Positions 13,748-26,563 of a stretch of 64,000 nucleotides of DNA are shown piece by piece. A program made the position numbers and the translations under genes. The stretch is from Mugilogobius chulae. Its lineage: Eukaryota. How positions within the stretch are numbered: the first letter of the stretch is position 1; every line of letters starts with the position of its first letter. The stretch spans positions 45,077,576-45,141,575 of the forward strand of contig CM100125.1 of NCBI GenBank assembly GCA_046056395.1. The letters run 5' to 3'. The notes under the pieces are model-generated. The model had not been told where the DNA came from, did no database searches, and saw nothing but the letters and a program-made list of their open reading frames with translations.

Positions 13748-16700
13748 GTTTCATCATCTGCAAAACAAAAACAATTCATAGGCTCATTGAAATGTCAATG
13801 CTGGATCTATTCGTTACATAGGAGTGATAGTTTTCCCCTTAGGGATTTTACTAATACACATGTCTTGTAAATCACAGAGTAGAGACCCCCCATCCCCACT
13901 TGACCTTTAGAAGAAAGATGTGAGAAAGACCTGGCCACGAGGCATGAGAGAGCAGATGATTTCTGACACAGAGACTGAGTAAGCAAAGCAGCTCCAGGGC
14001 AAACTCTACAGATGACACCACACTACTGACACTTCCATTTCAAATAGCATTCTCTTTTTTTTTTTTTTAGATTACACACTGGTACCTATTATTGTGAATG
14101 GAGCTGGACAATACTTACAAAAATGTGAATGTCAATATTTTTGGGAGTGTCTTACAATATTAAGGTCAGCTCAAAAAAATGTGTTAAAAGTTATTAGCTT
14201 AGTTTATGTCAGATGTAAAAATCTCACAAAATTGCAGAAATAGACCCTTATTTTAAAATGTAAACATAATATACAGTATATCTTTAGCAGCTCTTCTGGT
14301 GACGCTTTTACTGTAAATAATATACACAACACATTTATGATATCGTTTAGTAACATTCACAATATTATCTATTTATATACTGTCCATCTTCCTGTAAATT
14401 GAAAAAAAGAGAGAGGTGTAATAGTGATTCACCAAAATTTATAATTATTTTCTTGCAACAATTTGATTTTATATTAGTTTGTAAATTTAGAAAAATTAAA
14501 TCAGAAAAATATTAAATGTGGCTGTACAAAACACTACACGAGTGAAATTATTAGCAGTACAATAACAAGCAGAAGCATGAGATCAGAGGAGCAGCCGCTT
14601 GGTGACAGTATTTCTTAGCTTTTCCTCAGAGGTTTCTCAGCTCCTGCAGGGATCCTTGAAGTCTGGAGAGAGCCACGTTAATAAAAACAAGGTGTGTTCT
14701 TGGCCTTGCTTGTTCCATGACGTTGCACAGACACTGGGGGATTATAAATCAGATTATATACAGACATGGACACTTAAAAGCTGGCACGCTCTCTCTGATC
14801 GCTGTTGATTGGATGCTTCATCAAGCCTTGATTGGTCCATATGGCAAGGACAAGCGCGGGGAACGCAAGCTTGTTGACAATGTTGACACATGACTTGTTC
14901 CAGAAGGACCTTGGGAAAGTAATTGGTTATTAAGCGGCCAAATTCTAGATTGATTTTGACAGCAGCTCTAGTCCTCGCCACCAGGACACCTTGAAAACAG
15001 GACTGGGAAATTACATTATACAAGCCAAAATACCAGATAATGTCCTAGTTTATCCATTCATTACTCCAAGATCAAAGTCTTCTAAAGACAGATCAATGCA
15101 CAGGCATGAGACACAAACCGTACTGTATACTCTGTAAAAGGAGACCTATGTAAATAAACCTTTATGAAATCATTACCATGTTATGTGTTTCTACATTATT
15201 TATTTTATTCATGCATTATAGTCTTAAGTTTTAAGAACCCTTCAGAAATTTCTCAATTGAAAAGCCACCCAAGTTCACAACTTAATACCTTCTATTTAAA
15301 GTTGCAGTAACTAACTTCTTTAGTTATAAATTTGTGACCTTTGTGGTTTCCACTAAAAAGTCTATGTTACATGCAGCACTTTGTGAAAAAATGAACCACT
15401 GAGTATTGTCTGAACTAAATCATTAGTTTTCAACAATGTAGCTCTGATTGGTGAGCTTGGTGCCTTTGCTGTTTGTCAAAAGTGTCTTTTAAGATATAAT
15501 TGGAACCAAAATGAATCCATGTCAATATTAATCATGTGTTGAAGGACTTAGAAGAGAAAGTTGTCAGATTTACGTTTGTTTAGGTGTAAAAAAACAGCTA
15601 CCACCTTTAACAGCTCTTATATTCACAAATAAGATCTCAAAATGCTACTTTGTGACAGACAATAAACTATGATTTTCCTTTGTGCTGGGCGTGAGGAGAC
15701 CTTTAGGACTGTGGCTGTGTACACGTATACTATTATCGTTTTGAGAAGTGATCTGCTTATTTCTATGTGGGCCAGTCACCAAAGTGCCACAGTGAATATA
15801 TTAATCACAGCACATTATGCTCCGGAGCACAGTTTGGAACGGCCCAGCGCTCCAGGACTGGCCCTGTGTTATTAAGGTCAGAGTCGGAGGAGATTAAAAC
15901 CACTCCCCCTCCACCCCCTCCTCCACCCTCCTCTGATGAGTCTGAGAGGAAAAGTGAAGCGTCAACTCCACTGGTGGCTTTGATAAAGATGGGATTTGAA
16001 TATTTACTTTGAGGGTCATTTTAAGGTTGATTTGTCTGAGCAGTAAGAATAAAAGTTATTTTATGACAAATGGCTTGACTCAAGTTTTTTTTTACTAAAG
16101 TAAGGCTGATATTCGTACTCTGGTTTAGCATAAATATCTTTTAATGTGCTCTGATTCATTTTACACTAGATGAAAAGGGGAAACTGTATTGTTGTTACCA
16201 GGTTCAAGTATTCATTGGGTTTTTATACAGTATATTACCTGAACAAATAAAACCCACTTTTCATTAACAAAATAAAATCTATTCTAAATGTGCCTGAATC
16301 TTTAGTTTTTTATTTTGATGTTGGTCAGACTAGACACTTCATGCTGCTGCAGCCAGGTAGGGTTTTGATGTTAATGGCCAGAAGACTGTAAAAGGTGCTT
16401 TGACCTTCACAGTGGAAGCCAAACGCCGGCCCACTAGTCGCCTGGGTCTGGTCTGGGCTAAAAAGCAGCATAATCAGCCTCCAGCAATCTCTTTCCCAAA
16501 GGACAGGCAAGCGTGACTCATGTAACCATAGCCCTAATATACTAAAGTCCCACACACGCTCAAACGGACCGACCCTGGAGCTGTAAAATATTCATAAATC
16601 CCTTACAGCCGCTGCTACAGAGAACAGCCATTACTTGTGTATTGTTCAGTTTTAATCTGCACAGCCTGGGAGTGCAGTGACAGATTTCAGAGGTTTGGGA

Positions 16701-19700
16701 GCTGAGGGGGTGACCTCCTGAGTCATTTTGACTGATTTAAGGCACATATCCCACATGCCCTTGTCTTTCACATCTCCTTCCAACTCGCCCCGCAGAGAAT
16801 TTCACTGCCCTAATAGAAACCCACTCAAAAGATGTAAGAGGACAAGGGAGTAAGATATCGCAAAGACTTCTTACAGAGAAAGGTAAATTCAGCTGAGCGC
16901 AGACAATAAATCTGTCCTGAATTCTATCTAGGGTTTTAGACTAGACTGGAGATGTGTTGGAATTATTATCATGTGTGCTGAAACTTCAAAGCCCCATGTG
17001 TTAGGAAGAAATAAACAGCTGAATAAAAGTGAGCAGGCTTGAATTAACTCACTGTCTGGAAGAGGGGCCATGCTGTATATAGCTTACACTCTGGAAATGT
17101 ACATGGTGTCACGTTGAATCTTAATCCGTTCTAGATAAATTCAGATCTGCATCAGGCCTGGACTCAATCTTTAAGTAAAAGAGATAAAATACTGTAAATG
17201 TTTTAATGAAAAAAAATTTTATGAAATCAACATTAATTAATGGAGACCAATTCTGTTTTCACGAGTCAAAAGTAAATACAAACAGGTGGCCAGGGATAGG
17301 TAGCAAGTGCAAACAATACGTTTCTGAGCACTCAGAAGAAAGACATGACCTGTACAACAATACAACATTAATTAAACAGGCATGAAGTAACTCAAATACA
17401 ACTTTGAGTAAACTATGATAAGAAACATTGTAATAACATGGTGTTTAACTAAGAAAAGTAAATTTTATACAATAGGTCTCCATTAATCTAAATAGATGTA
17501 AATGGGGGTGACAGGAGGAAAAATTCAATGGAGGTACAGACCAATGTTATTACTATGTTCAGTAGTTTTTTTTAAGTTTTGTATGTGTATCAATGGAACC
17601 ATGTATCAAAAAAATTTGATGCAGTATTATGCTTTGGTTCAGATCTTCAGCAGACTGTATATGGCAAATTTATCTACTGTTTCCAGGCCTTTTTTGGACA
17701 TTTTTGTGCAAACTCGTTATTTTGGCATTATGTGTGCAAAAACCGCGGCTGTACTGCCACGATGGGCAAACGCTGTCAGTGCATTTTCAGTACCCTCCGA
17801 CGTCACAGTGTATTGACGAGGCAGACGAGCCGCCCAGATGATTTATCTAAACTCCTCCCTCTGACATCGCTGCTGTGGAGAGTTGAAAAAGATCACCGCT
17901 GCGTAATGACATCAGCCTTCATTTGGCTCAGCTTGTTGAGTGAGTGGCGCGTTGTGCCATCACTAGTTCATCGATGCGCTGGTTCGGAACTTGTGCCTGT
18001 GTTTTTATTTTCGATTTTCATTTTTAGAAAATACTCACATAACAGGCTCATGCGCTTATGTAGCGGCCTAAAGCAAGGTGTCATACGTATGATTTGCAAA
18101 GCAAATCTAAAAAATCTTTACGTGCAAGTAAGCAAAGACTTGGGCTATTGCTGTACAGCTCCCTCCGCTGCAAATCTCACGTCAGGACCGGGACCGCTCC
18201 GACACAAAACTCACATTTACCAACCTCCTGTTCATATTTGGTGCTGTCAATCAAAGTCTGTTCACACCCACCTGGGCGTCTCTTCAAAGTCCTCCTGCAT
18301 CTCCCACTTTTGCGAGCCTGTTTGAGGTTCAGTTGTGGGCGGAGTAAGTCTCTGAAAGCGTGTTTAGCCTCACTATGTGCATTTTCTGTTCTGAAGTAGA
18401 TAATCTCCACGATTTCTATAAGATATGAGCATTCAATCTGAAGATAAGAGCAACAATTGCTCAAGGCTCCGGCTGATACTCAGGTGAACTAAATAAAAAA
18501 GAAAATGTTGTTATTGTGCATTAAGCACTCAGGGGACAGAGACACGGGGGGCTGTGGATCTTCTTCACTGCCATTATCTCTGACATCCCTTTTACATCAT
18601 CAGCACTAATTGGAGAGGCTAATTAAAACCATCACATACCAAAATTATGTCTCAAGATCCCATACTCCCATACAAGAACTGCTTTAAAGATAATTATAGT
18701 GACAAAAAGAGTCAAATCAAAGAAGATTTTAGCGTTTCCCAAAAGATGAACAATAATAGGTAAAACAAATGATACTTTATGATTGTGGTACAGTGACATA
18801 TGTATCATTTTTGTTCTGTTACATGTGCCACATGTGTGTTTAATATATTGATAATTTCATTAGATTAATTGATTAGTTGTTCATGTCACAAAACAAATGA
18901 TCGACATATGAGACTTTAAGAAAATTTGACCAAAAATATCTTAGACAAGTAAAAAATGCTATCTATCTTTCATAATTTAGGTGACACACATTTTCTTTTC
19001 TTACATCAAGTTAAAGGTTGTGTGGAGGATTTTCCAAAGAAAGACAAATCCAGCAACTCCTCCACTGCTAACTGGACCAGTGAGTTACTTAGGAACATGG
19101 GTTTGATTGACAGGCTAACAGGCATAGATAAAGAGGTACCTCCTTTTTTATTGGCCAACGTTTTACTGGTACACCATGTCCACTTTTCATTTACTCTTAC
19201 GATTCTTTTTCGGTTTATTATAAACACAAGACTCCTAGAACAAGATGTGTTCAAGATGTGTAACTAGTGAATTTTGGAAAACTCAGATATGTTCTTAATT
19301 AATGACATTTTAACTTGACTAAATGTTTTTATTTTGCAGTAAAACAATTTTTATCTCATTCATTTTTACTTATGTCTAGTGTCATTTTGAAGTAACTGCT
19401 TTTTATCTGATTTCTAAATCCATTTCTCTCAGCCCATAAAAGTTTTTGGAGTCTGTGTGCAGTAAAGTAAATGAATAATTACTAGATAAATCAATTAACT
19501 TGTTATGGCCTTAGTTTAATACACAAAAAACAATTCATCTTTCAGTTGTTGGCAAAAAATCCAATAACTGGCTAAACTAAATTCACTGACTATTTTTTTC
19601 CTTTACAACAAACACTTCTGAATTCTGTGAAAAACACACAAGGTGGTGAAAGTTTGAGCACTTAGCAGCACCTGAGGAAGCGGTCGTGCGAACTGAAAAG

Positions 19701-20177
19701 AGAGTGGAGGAGGTATGCACAGTGTAAAGGGCAAAGTGGTGCACTGTATTGAAAAGGTTAATGCCATTACTCAGGAAAAGCCAAACAGCTGCAGTCATGC
19801 CGACATATACAATCATACATAATAAATATAACATAATGTGCTCTGCTGGGGTTGTGGCTGTCAAAAGTCCTCGCATGCTACCACTTTATGTTGAACAGTG
19901 GCAAGACAATTCAATGCATATGAGCAGTCACAACCTTTGCACTGTCGAGCCTAATGATGTTACCATTTTTTTGAAATAAATAACTTAAATAAAAAGATTT
20001 CTATGCTTTAATAAAGCAGCGCCTGATTTGCACAATCCCTTATTTCCAGCTTGAAATAATATTCCAGACTGTTTTAAAGAGCATGTTTTTTGTTTGTTTT
20101 TTTGTACTTTTAACTTAAATATTGAAATATTTATATTTATAGTGGAAATGACAGGTTAGGCATATTTTTATAAAACA

Positions 20178-20345
20178 CGAAGAACAGGATTATATTTAAG
20201 ATTTCACCAAACATTTTGCTTGTTTTCACCTACATTGGCTATTTTTATGAGATTTGTAGTTGTTTTTTGTCCAGCAATACTACATACGTATGTAGAGGGG
20301 AACCCACAACTGTTACCTAGCAACCGCACTGTAAATGTGGGCTAA
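20178..20345 (+). repeat. dispersed repeat, copy A (copy B at 25752-25897 abuts the hAT element)
   Basis: The two copies share gatta(t)...tt(c)accaaacattttgcttgtt...ggctatttt...ttttgtcca(g/a)caa...acaactgttacctagcaacc. Confidence 0.6.
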
Positions 20346-21516
20346 AACTCATTAAACACATTAAATTAGTAGACACACAATCAGCAGCTCTGCTCTGTTG
20401 CTTCAACTCAAACAGCGTAGAGGTGATGACGCAAATCAATTGACCCCAATGGCAGAAGTTTCACTTTTATGGATAAAATGAGCTAAACAAGCAATTTAAA
20501 AAAAAAAAAAACATGAGAAAACAACTGATTTGTGTCTTATAAAGCTTTTTTAAACAACTTTGGCCATGTGAGATTATATTTCTCAAATTACTATATTCGT
20601 AGACTGAATTTGCTATACAAACTCCATCACTTGCCGATGTGACAGATGCACCTCCGCAGTTAAGTGAAGCTATACCTTTTATTTGGTGTTATTCATGTAA
20701 TTTGTCCGCTTTTCTCACATGTAAAAGTGGACGTTTGGTGGTCACTAGAGCCTTAAAAGATGCATAAGATCAGAAATCTCTTGTTGAAGTTCACTAGCTG
20801 TTAGTTAGTAACAAGGCTCTGACCTTTGCTAAATGTTGGTCTCTATGCTAACAGCTATAGGAAAACAAACAGCTCGGGATTAGCTTAAATCTTACCGGAC
20901 TAGCTCAAATGCCAAGTGTTCGAGAGCATCAGAGTCGGACTGCGTGTCTACTAATTACATGTCTAAGGCCAAAACCCACATAAATGACACTATATGCCAA
21001 CACTATAAGTAAATCATGGGTGTAGAACAAGTATAGTGGAACAAGTATTTTACAATGGGGACCTCAAGGACACACAACAATAAAACATTTTGAGTAAAAC
21101 CATCTCCAAAGCAGCTGAAAGGGAGGTACAGTTACAAAGACTGAATTGAGAGCTGGACATAAAGCTGTCTTTGTAAAATGAGATTACTTTACTGGCCAAG
21201 TCAAAGGTGCAGGAGATTTGTTGAGTTTGACACAAGAAAAAGGAGGAGAAAGACTTTGCAAGACAGATAAAAGCCGATAAAATGTTTCAGGTTTTTACCA
21301 CTCAACATATAAAACCCTGTCGCTGTTGTGTATCAATGAAGATAAATGCCAGTGCACTGAGGTCATAAGTTTGAATGAATGTGGCTGGGGAAAATGCATC
21401 TACTTAAGCAAAATAAATGATGGCTAAAAGCATCACGAAACAAAGGCTAACAAACTGGCGGTAAAAGCAAACTGAAATGCATTAAGAAATTCCTACAAAA
21501 ACACAATAATGGAAGA

Positions 21517-21536
21517 TGTGTGTGTGTGTGTGTGTC
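21517..21536. repeat. (TG)10 microsatellite
   Basis: tgtgtgtgtgtgtgtgtgtg. Confidence 0.95.
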
Positions 21537-22111
21537 CTTCCCCAGAGTCACTGAGCCAAACACAGATGTCCACACACCACCATCTGTCCGTTTAACCAAG
21601 GTAAAACACAGATAAGAAAACACGCTTTTGTTTTGCATGGTGCCAATTAGGGAGGTCACAATATTCCATTTTAGTTTTTCGTTTAATACCAGACAAAAGT
21701 CACAATTTAGCTATTATTTAGGATTACAACTGTCACGACCAAACAACATTCAAATCTTTATTTTTGTTAATTCTCATTGTTTAGCAAATGGCTTTTACTC
21801 AAATCTGTGACCAGTTTTGACACATTAAACTTATGAATAGAAGATTCTTCATGTGACAAAACATTTAGCATGCACTTAGTTTTAATATAGATTGATAGAA
21901 AAGACCTAATTTTAATCTAAATTGCAATATTCTATAGATTGAAAGACAAAATTTGCTTCTGAACACATTTAGTCATGGGCTTTTTTTGGCCAATACCGAT
22001 ATCTATTGTTTGACCTCCAGTTGTAGAAAGCCAATATTTGCCGATATAATATCTGGAATTTCATAACAAGGCTCAAACTAAACATGCAAACTGGAGAGTT
22101 CTATCTTTATT

Positions 22112-22260
22112 AGGGTTCAATGGGCAACACTGTGGCATAGTAGTTAGCTCTGGCACAGCGGTTAGAGTTCACATGTTCTCCCATATCTGCATAGGTTTCC
22201 TCCAGGTACTCTGATGTCCTCCTACCACTAAAAACATGTCCAATGCCTCCTCTCCAGGAC
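22112..22260 (+). mobile_element. DANA-like tRNA-derived SINE fragment (internally deleted)
   Basis: ACTGTGGCATAGTAGTTAGCTCTG...GTTCACATGTTCTCCCATATCTGCATAGGTTTCCTCCAGGTACTCTGATGTCCTCCTACCACTAAAAACATG parallels the DANA head and core (GCAGTGGCGCAGTAGGTAGTGCTG...GTTTGCATGTTCTCCCTGCGTTCGCGTGGGTTTCCTCCGGGTGCTCCGGTTTCCCCCACAGTCCAAAGACATG). Confidence 0.6.
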
Positions 22261-24018
22261 TGCAGAAGGAAATTAGCTGTAAAACTAGACACAAAGCACA
22301 ACATTGTGCTTAATGTAATTGTACGTTGTCCTTAATAAATATTACCTATATTTCAACATTTAGAACATTGTGAAGATTATGTTATTATGTTATTTGAATA
22401 TTGTACATAATCTAACCAGAACTTTTTTAAACATATGTTTTAATGGGTATATACAGAATCTATGTATCAGGAGGACATGCATTATATTAAGCTCAGAATA
22501 TCAGGATTTATGTTATTGTGATAAACTTGCCTGAACACCAATGCTTTAATAGTTAGAAGCAGTAAAAAACTGATTACCACCAAGTCGGCTTAGTTGATTT
22601 TAGTGCTTATTACTTTAGTGATACAGTGAATATTGGCAGATCCAAGGCTGAAGGTGTGGGTGGAGTGTGGCAGAGCACTATTGTAACTCTGGATAGTGAG
22701 AAGGGGAGCGCACTGCCATAGCCCAGACAGCTGCTTCTTGTTCATTTGGAAGAGTGTAGCCTTGTCTATGAATGGTGATTATGAGGCAAACAAAAGGGGC
22801 ATTTAGAGACAAAAGCAGGTTTGGAGTGAATGGGTCTGCTCCGTTTACAGCTAGACTCTGCCTCGATCCAAAAGCACTTTGAGAGAGCCAATATGAAGTA
22901 ATTATTCAGGAAAACTAGAACGCAGGAAGAGAGGAGCACAGAGGGGCAGATAGGATTGGTTTGGCTGCGTGTGTATAGAGAGCACCAGCCGATAGCACCA
23001 TCTGAATTCTGAACAGGCGCTGCACGTCTGGCTTACTGTTGCCTTCAATAAGAGCTGGCGCAGAGAGAAAAGCTAAGACAAGACAGAAATTCAGCTGTAC
23101 AGAGGCAAGAAACAGTGGACGGAGCATTTACACACACGGCGATGTTCAACCCATCGCTACAGGCCAAAGTAACAATGGAAACCAATCACATCGCACAATG
23201 GCAAAAACATACCATGAACACGGCTTCACAAGCTGGATATCTGTAAAGGTATCTGGCACAGTAAGCAGCTTTACTTTCTACAATCTAAAAAGGTAAAGAC
23301 ATGAGATGTGATTCTTTTTAAATGATCTTTCAAGAAGTCATAAAGTGTCACTAAATCAACTTTTGGCTACTAAACTGTGTATTGTTTTAGTAGCAAACTT
23401 GAAAGGTCAAAATAAGACAACTGTGAGCTAAATAATGGTTTTATTTTGTTTTGTTTTTGTGTGTTATTTTTACCACCAGTAGCTGTATGCTAGTTGTTGT
23501 TAGCATTATCAAGACAGCAAAATTCCATTTTGATTTCAGAAAATTGTGAACTGTGCTTTTAAACTTGTTGTGGTGGAAAAATTAAGAGGAGTGAATTGAA
23601 AATAATCTTTCTAATTGATAAACAACTTTTTTGCAAAAATTAAGTACAGTGCTTCAAACTATTTTGTATACCAACATAAAATCTAGTTTACATTTTATAC
23701 TTTAAAGGCTGAAAAATTAATCAAAAGATCGGGAGAACGAAATTAGTCATGTCAAATAGTCATTAATTTATTGATTGTGTTTTTTGAACTGATAGCTTCA
23801 TAAACAATCCTCTGTCAGCTTGGCTTGGACCCCACCTTTAATGAGCACAAAAATGACCAAAAACAAAACAAATCTTGAATATAAACTGTTTTAATTGATT
23901 GCAAAAGAGCATCTAATTATTATGTGTGACCCTACCCCAAATCATCTTCATCATCTTACCTCTCGAATCTTGTCTCGTTTCTCCTTGACGTCTGGTTCTG
24001 GTGGTTCCCCATCACTTA

Positions 24019-24221
24019 CTCCCACCACTTGGGGCATCGGGACGGGAGGTAAAGGTTTTGGCCCCGGGTCTTTCTTCTTCAAGTCTTCCACCACCTTGCT
24101 CTTCTCCGTCTGGATCTCGGCCTGGAGCTCCTCGCGGGACTTTCGCAGCTTTTCCTTGGCCTCCTGCAGCGCTCGCTCGTGGTCTGCTCGGATCTTGTCC
24201 CGCAGGCTCTCCTCGTCCTCT
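24019..24221 (-). CDS. man1a2: man1a2 exon 2 (stem-region coiled coil)
   Basis: The acceptor is tgtttgccccctgcag|AGAGGACGAGG and the donor is GTGGTGGGA|GTAAGT. It encodes (R)EDEESLRDKIRADHERALQEAKEKLRKSREELQAEIQTEKSKVVEDLKKKDPGPKPLPPVPMPQVVG, matching the MAN1A2 stem (human ...REEEERLRNKIRADHEKALEEAKEKLRKSREEIRAEIQTEKNKVV...PLPPVPIPNLVG). The phase is compatible with exon 1 (AG + A = Arg). The region is GC-rich, so several spurious overlapping track ORFs appear. Coordinates are +/-1. Confidence 0.8.
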
Positions 24222-25898
24222 CTGCAGGGGGCAAACATAACAGACACGTCTCTTAGTATTCAGCATGCCGCATATACAACTCTGCTTATAGGAGTCACAG
24301 AAGAGTAGTCAAGGCAAAGAGAAAAGATCAAACTGGATCAAGGTTGTCTTCATTTCAAATGTGATTCCTAGACAATATAACTAGGGCTGAGCAGTACCAT
24401 ATCGTATATCATACGTATATCGTGATGTAAAGTTCAACATTGGAATATTGAGATGTACAGTAAATGCGCGCACAACACCTGATTGTCCTATCAGTTGTGA
24501 CAGGTAGATTGTAGATAATTCTGACCATTTCTCTGGAAAAAAAAGATGTGTTAAGTGGAAGCTGAACTTGTAGCTAAAACTTAGTCAGAAATAAGTAATT
24601 ATTATAAAAGCCATAATTAAGATACCTTGGGTATCTTTTGTGTTTATAAATTTGCTTTGACATGCTTGATCAATCACTGCTTCTGAATGTTTATTGTTTT
24701 ATTGAATGTGTATTGTTTTATTTTTATTTCCTACTAATCATGTTTGCTAAATTAATCATCTTGGGAAGTCCTCAGAGATGACTCTTCTAGTGATTTTGGG
24801 CTATATATAAAATAAATTGATTTGATTTGATTTGATGAATTGTAGGCCATATTGTCCTGCCCTAGCAACTAACTTAAGCATTCAAAGCAATAACAAACAG
24901 CACTACACTAGAAACTAATTCACAAACCAAATCGGCAATTTAAACCAGCTACCAACAAACAAAAAAAAAACAAAAATCTCTAAATAGATTCACAACTAAG
25001 CAAGCACAGAACCCAGTAATTAATCACAAATACATCTGACAAAAATACGCTAGTTTAGCAGCAAAACAAGCGGTCTGATCCATATGTAGAGCAGCTCATT
25101 ATAAACCAGACAAAAGCCCGAGTCTGTAATAGGAAACAAGTTCACTTTTCTCTGCATCGCGCTGTTACATCACCACCAGGAACTAGGACAGGTGTGCGGA
25201 AAAACAATGAAAAGACGCTGAGAGAAACATCATCATCTGCCCCGTCCTGTCGAGTCTGCGGCCTCAGGAGGTGACGGCACATGTCTGTCTCGTCACGCTG
25301 TGGGGCAAGAACAATAAAAACAAACACAGAGGGGAGCGGAGGTGAAGAAAAGGAGCACCAATGACACAGGACACCGGGACTGACAAAGTTGCAGAACAAA
25401 AGAAAAATATGTGCAACTAAATCAAAAGCTAAATATTACAATTCAGTGTGCGCCGCTTGCTCAAGGGTAGAGGGTTGCCACATTTGAATAAAATAGTCCT
25501 TGACTGAAAGACAATAGCAATTTCATTTGTAATCATTTGGTTTCAGGGAAGCAGTGCAACGCAATGAATGACAAGCGTTGAACAGAATGGATATTTTAAT
25601 TCAGGTGCTGCAGAAAGAGTGTGGGATGGATCATTGTAATAACTGTAAAAAGTGTCTTTGATTGCAGTTGCATATGAATAGATGGTGTTCACATGACAAC
25701 ACAACATCCATAATCTCTATACCTAAAAGTGCTTATGATAGGTTAGACAGAGTGAACATATGATTATGATTTTACCAAACATTTTGCTTGTTAGTAACCA
25801 ATGTGGCTATTTTGACGAAGTTTAGAATTGTCTTTTGTCCAACAAATATGAGGTGATTCTACAACTGTTACCTAGCAACCTAGTAAATAGATAAATAG

Positions 25899-26563
25899 TA
25901 GGGATGGGACGAGATCTCGTGCCGCAAGATCTCGCGAGATCAAACTGTCTCGATACGGTGCGCACACGTACTCACTGTCTCGTGAGATTGTTCCATGGTC
26001 ATGAAATTAAGTTTTGTATCTTTGAGCAGCTGTAGTAAATATTCTCCTCCACACACAGACTTGTAGTGGACTTATTCTGACAGAAAACTGTCTAACCTCT
26101 GTCTCAGTTTTTATTTCGTAAAGATAGGACCAATATTGACAGAGATAATTAGTAATTAGGAAAGTTAGCACAAAAAATATATAATCATCAAATATACGAC
26201 ATCGCGGGAACAGCGCGGTGTTTTTCATACTAAAACACAGTTTAAAATAGATCCACAAAGAGAAATTTTGGCCTATATCATCAATAACTGTAAGGGGGCG
26301 GAGTCTGAGCTACAGGGGAGCGGATCAATTTCAGTCAAAACTCATATCGTTCAAATAATAAAAATTCAAGATGATACACATAATAAAAGGTAAAGCTAAA
26401 CTAACAATAATAAATAATACAAATCCAATTTTGTAATTTGCCTTGTTTAAATTCTAAATTGAAACAATTAATGCAAATTATTTAAAAATCCTGTCTCGTC
26501 TCAATCTCGTGGAGCCAATCTCGTGTCTCGTCTCGCTCGTGAATCTGTCTCGTCCCATCCCTA
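25899..26563. mobile_element. hAT-type nonautonomous element (about 665 bp) with 8-bp TSD
   Basis: Perfect 15-bp TIRs TAGGGATGGGACGAG / CTCGTCCCATCCCTA. Flanking 8-mers are ataaatag (25891-25898) and ctaaatag (26564-26571), 7/8 identical and fitting the hAT nTnnnnAn TSD pattern. Subterminal tctcg/cgaga repeats are present. Confidence 0.75.

Noticed and set aside
15767-16012. ORF with a poly-proline stretch (TTPPPPPPPPSSDE)
   Set aside because: It is produced by a C-rich low-complexity tract (ccccctccaccccctcctccaccctcc). No splice or homology support.
17579-18325. 248-aa ORF, the longest plus-strand ORF in the track
   Set aside because: Its composition (Cys/His/Ser/Leu/Trp-rich, e.g. CQSKSVHTHLGVSSKSSCISHFCEPV) is not protein-like. 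There is no ATG-context or splice support, and overlapping ORFs in other frames on both strands indicate a stop-poor CpG-rich block rather than coding. It is kept only as a finding about the block itself.
24001-24181. Displayed sequence and ORF track disagree by one G (track implies ...ttctgGtggttcc... at 24001 and cgtggtctg rather than cgtgggtctg at 24181)
   Set aside because: This is most likely a display or reading artefact confined to these three lines. It does not change any call but makes exon 2 coordinates uncertain by +/-1.
23895-24308. Four overlapping ORFs in different frames and strands at man1a2 exon 2
   Set aside because: Only the minus frame matching MAN1A2 and bounded by AG/GT is real. 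The others are GC-rich, low-stop artefacts.
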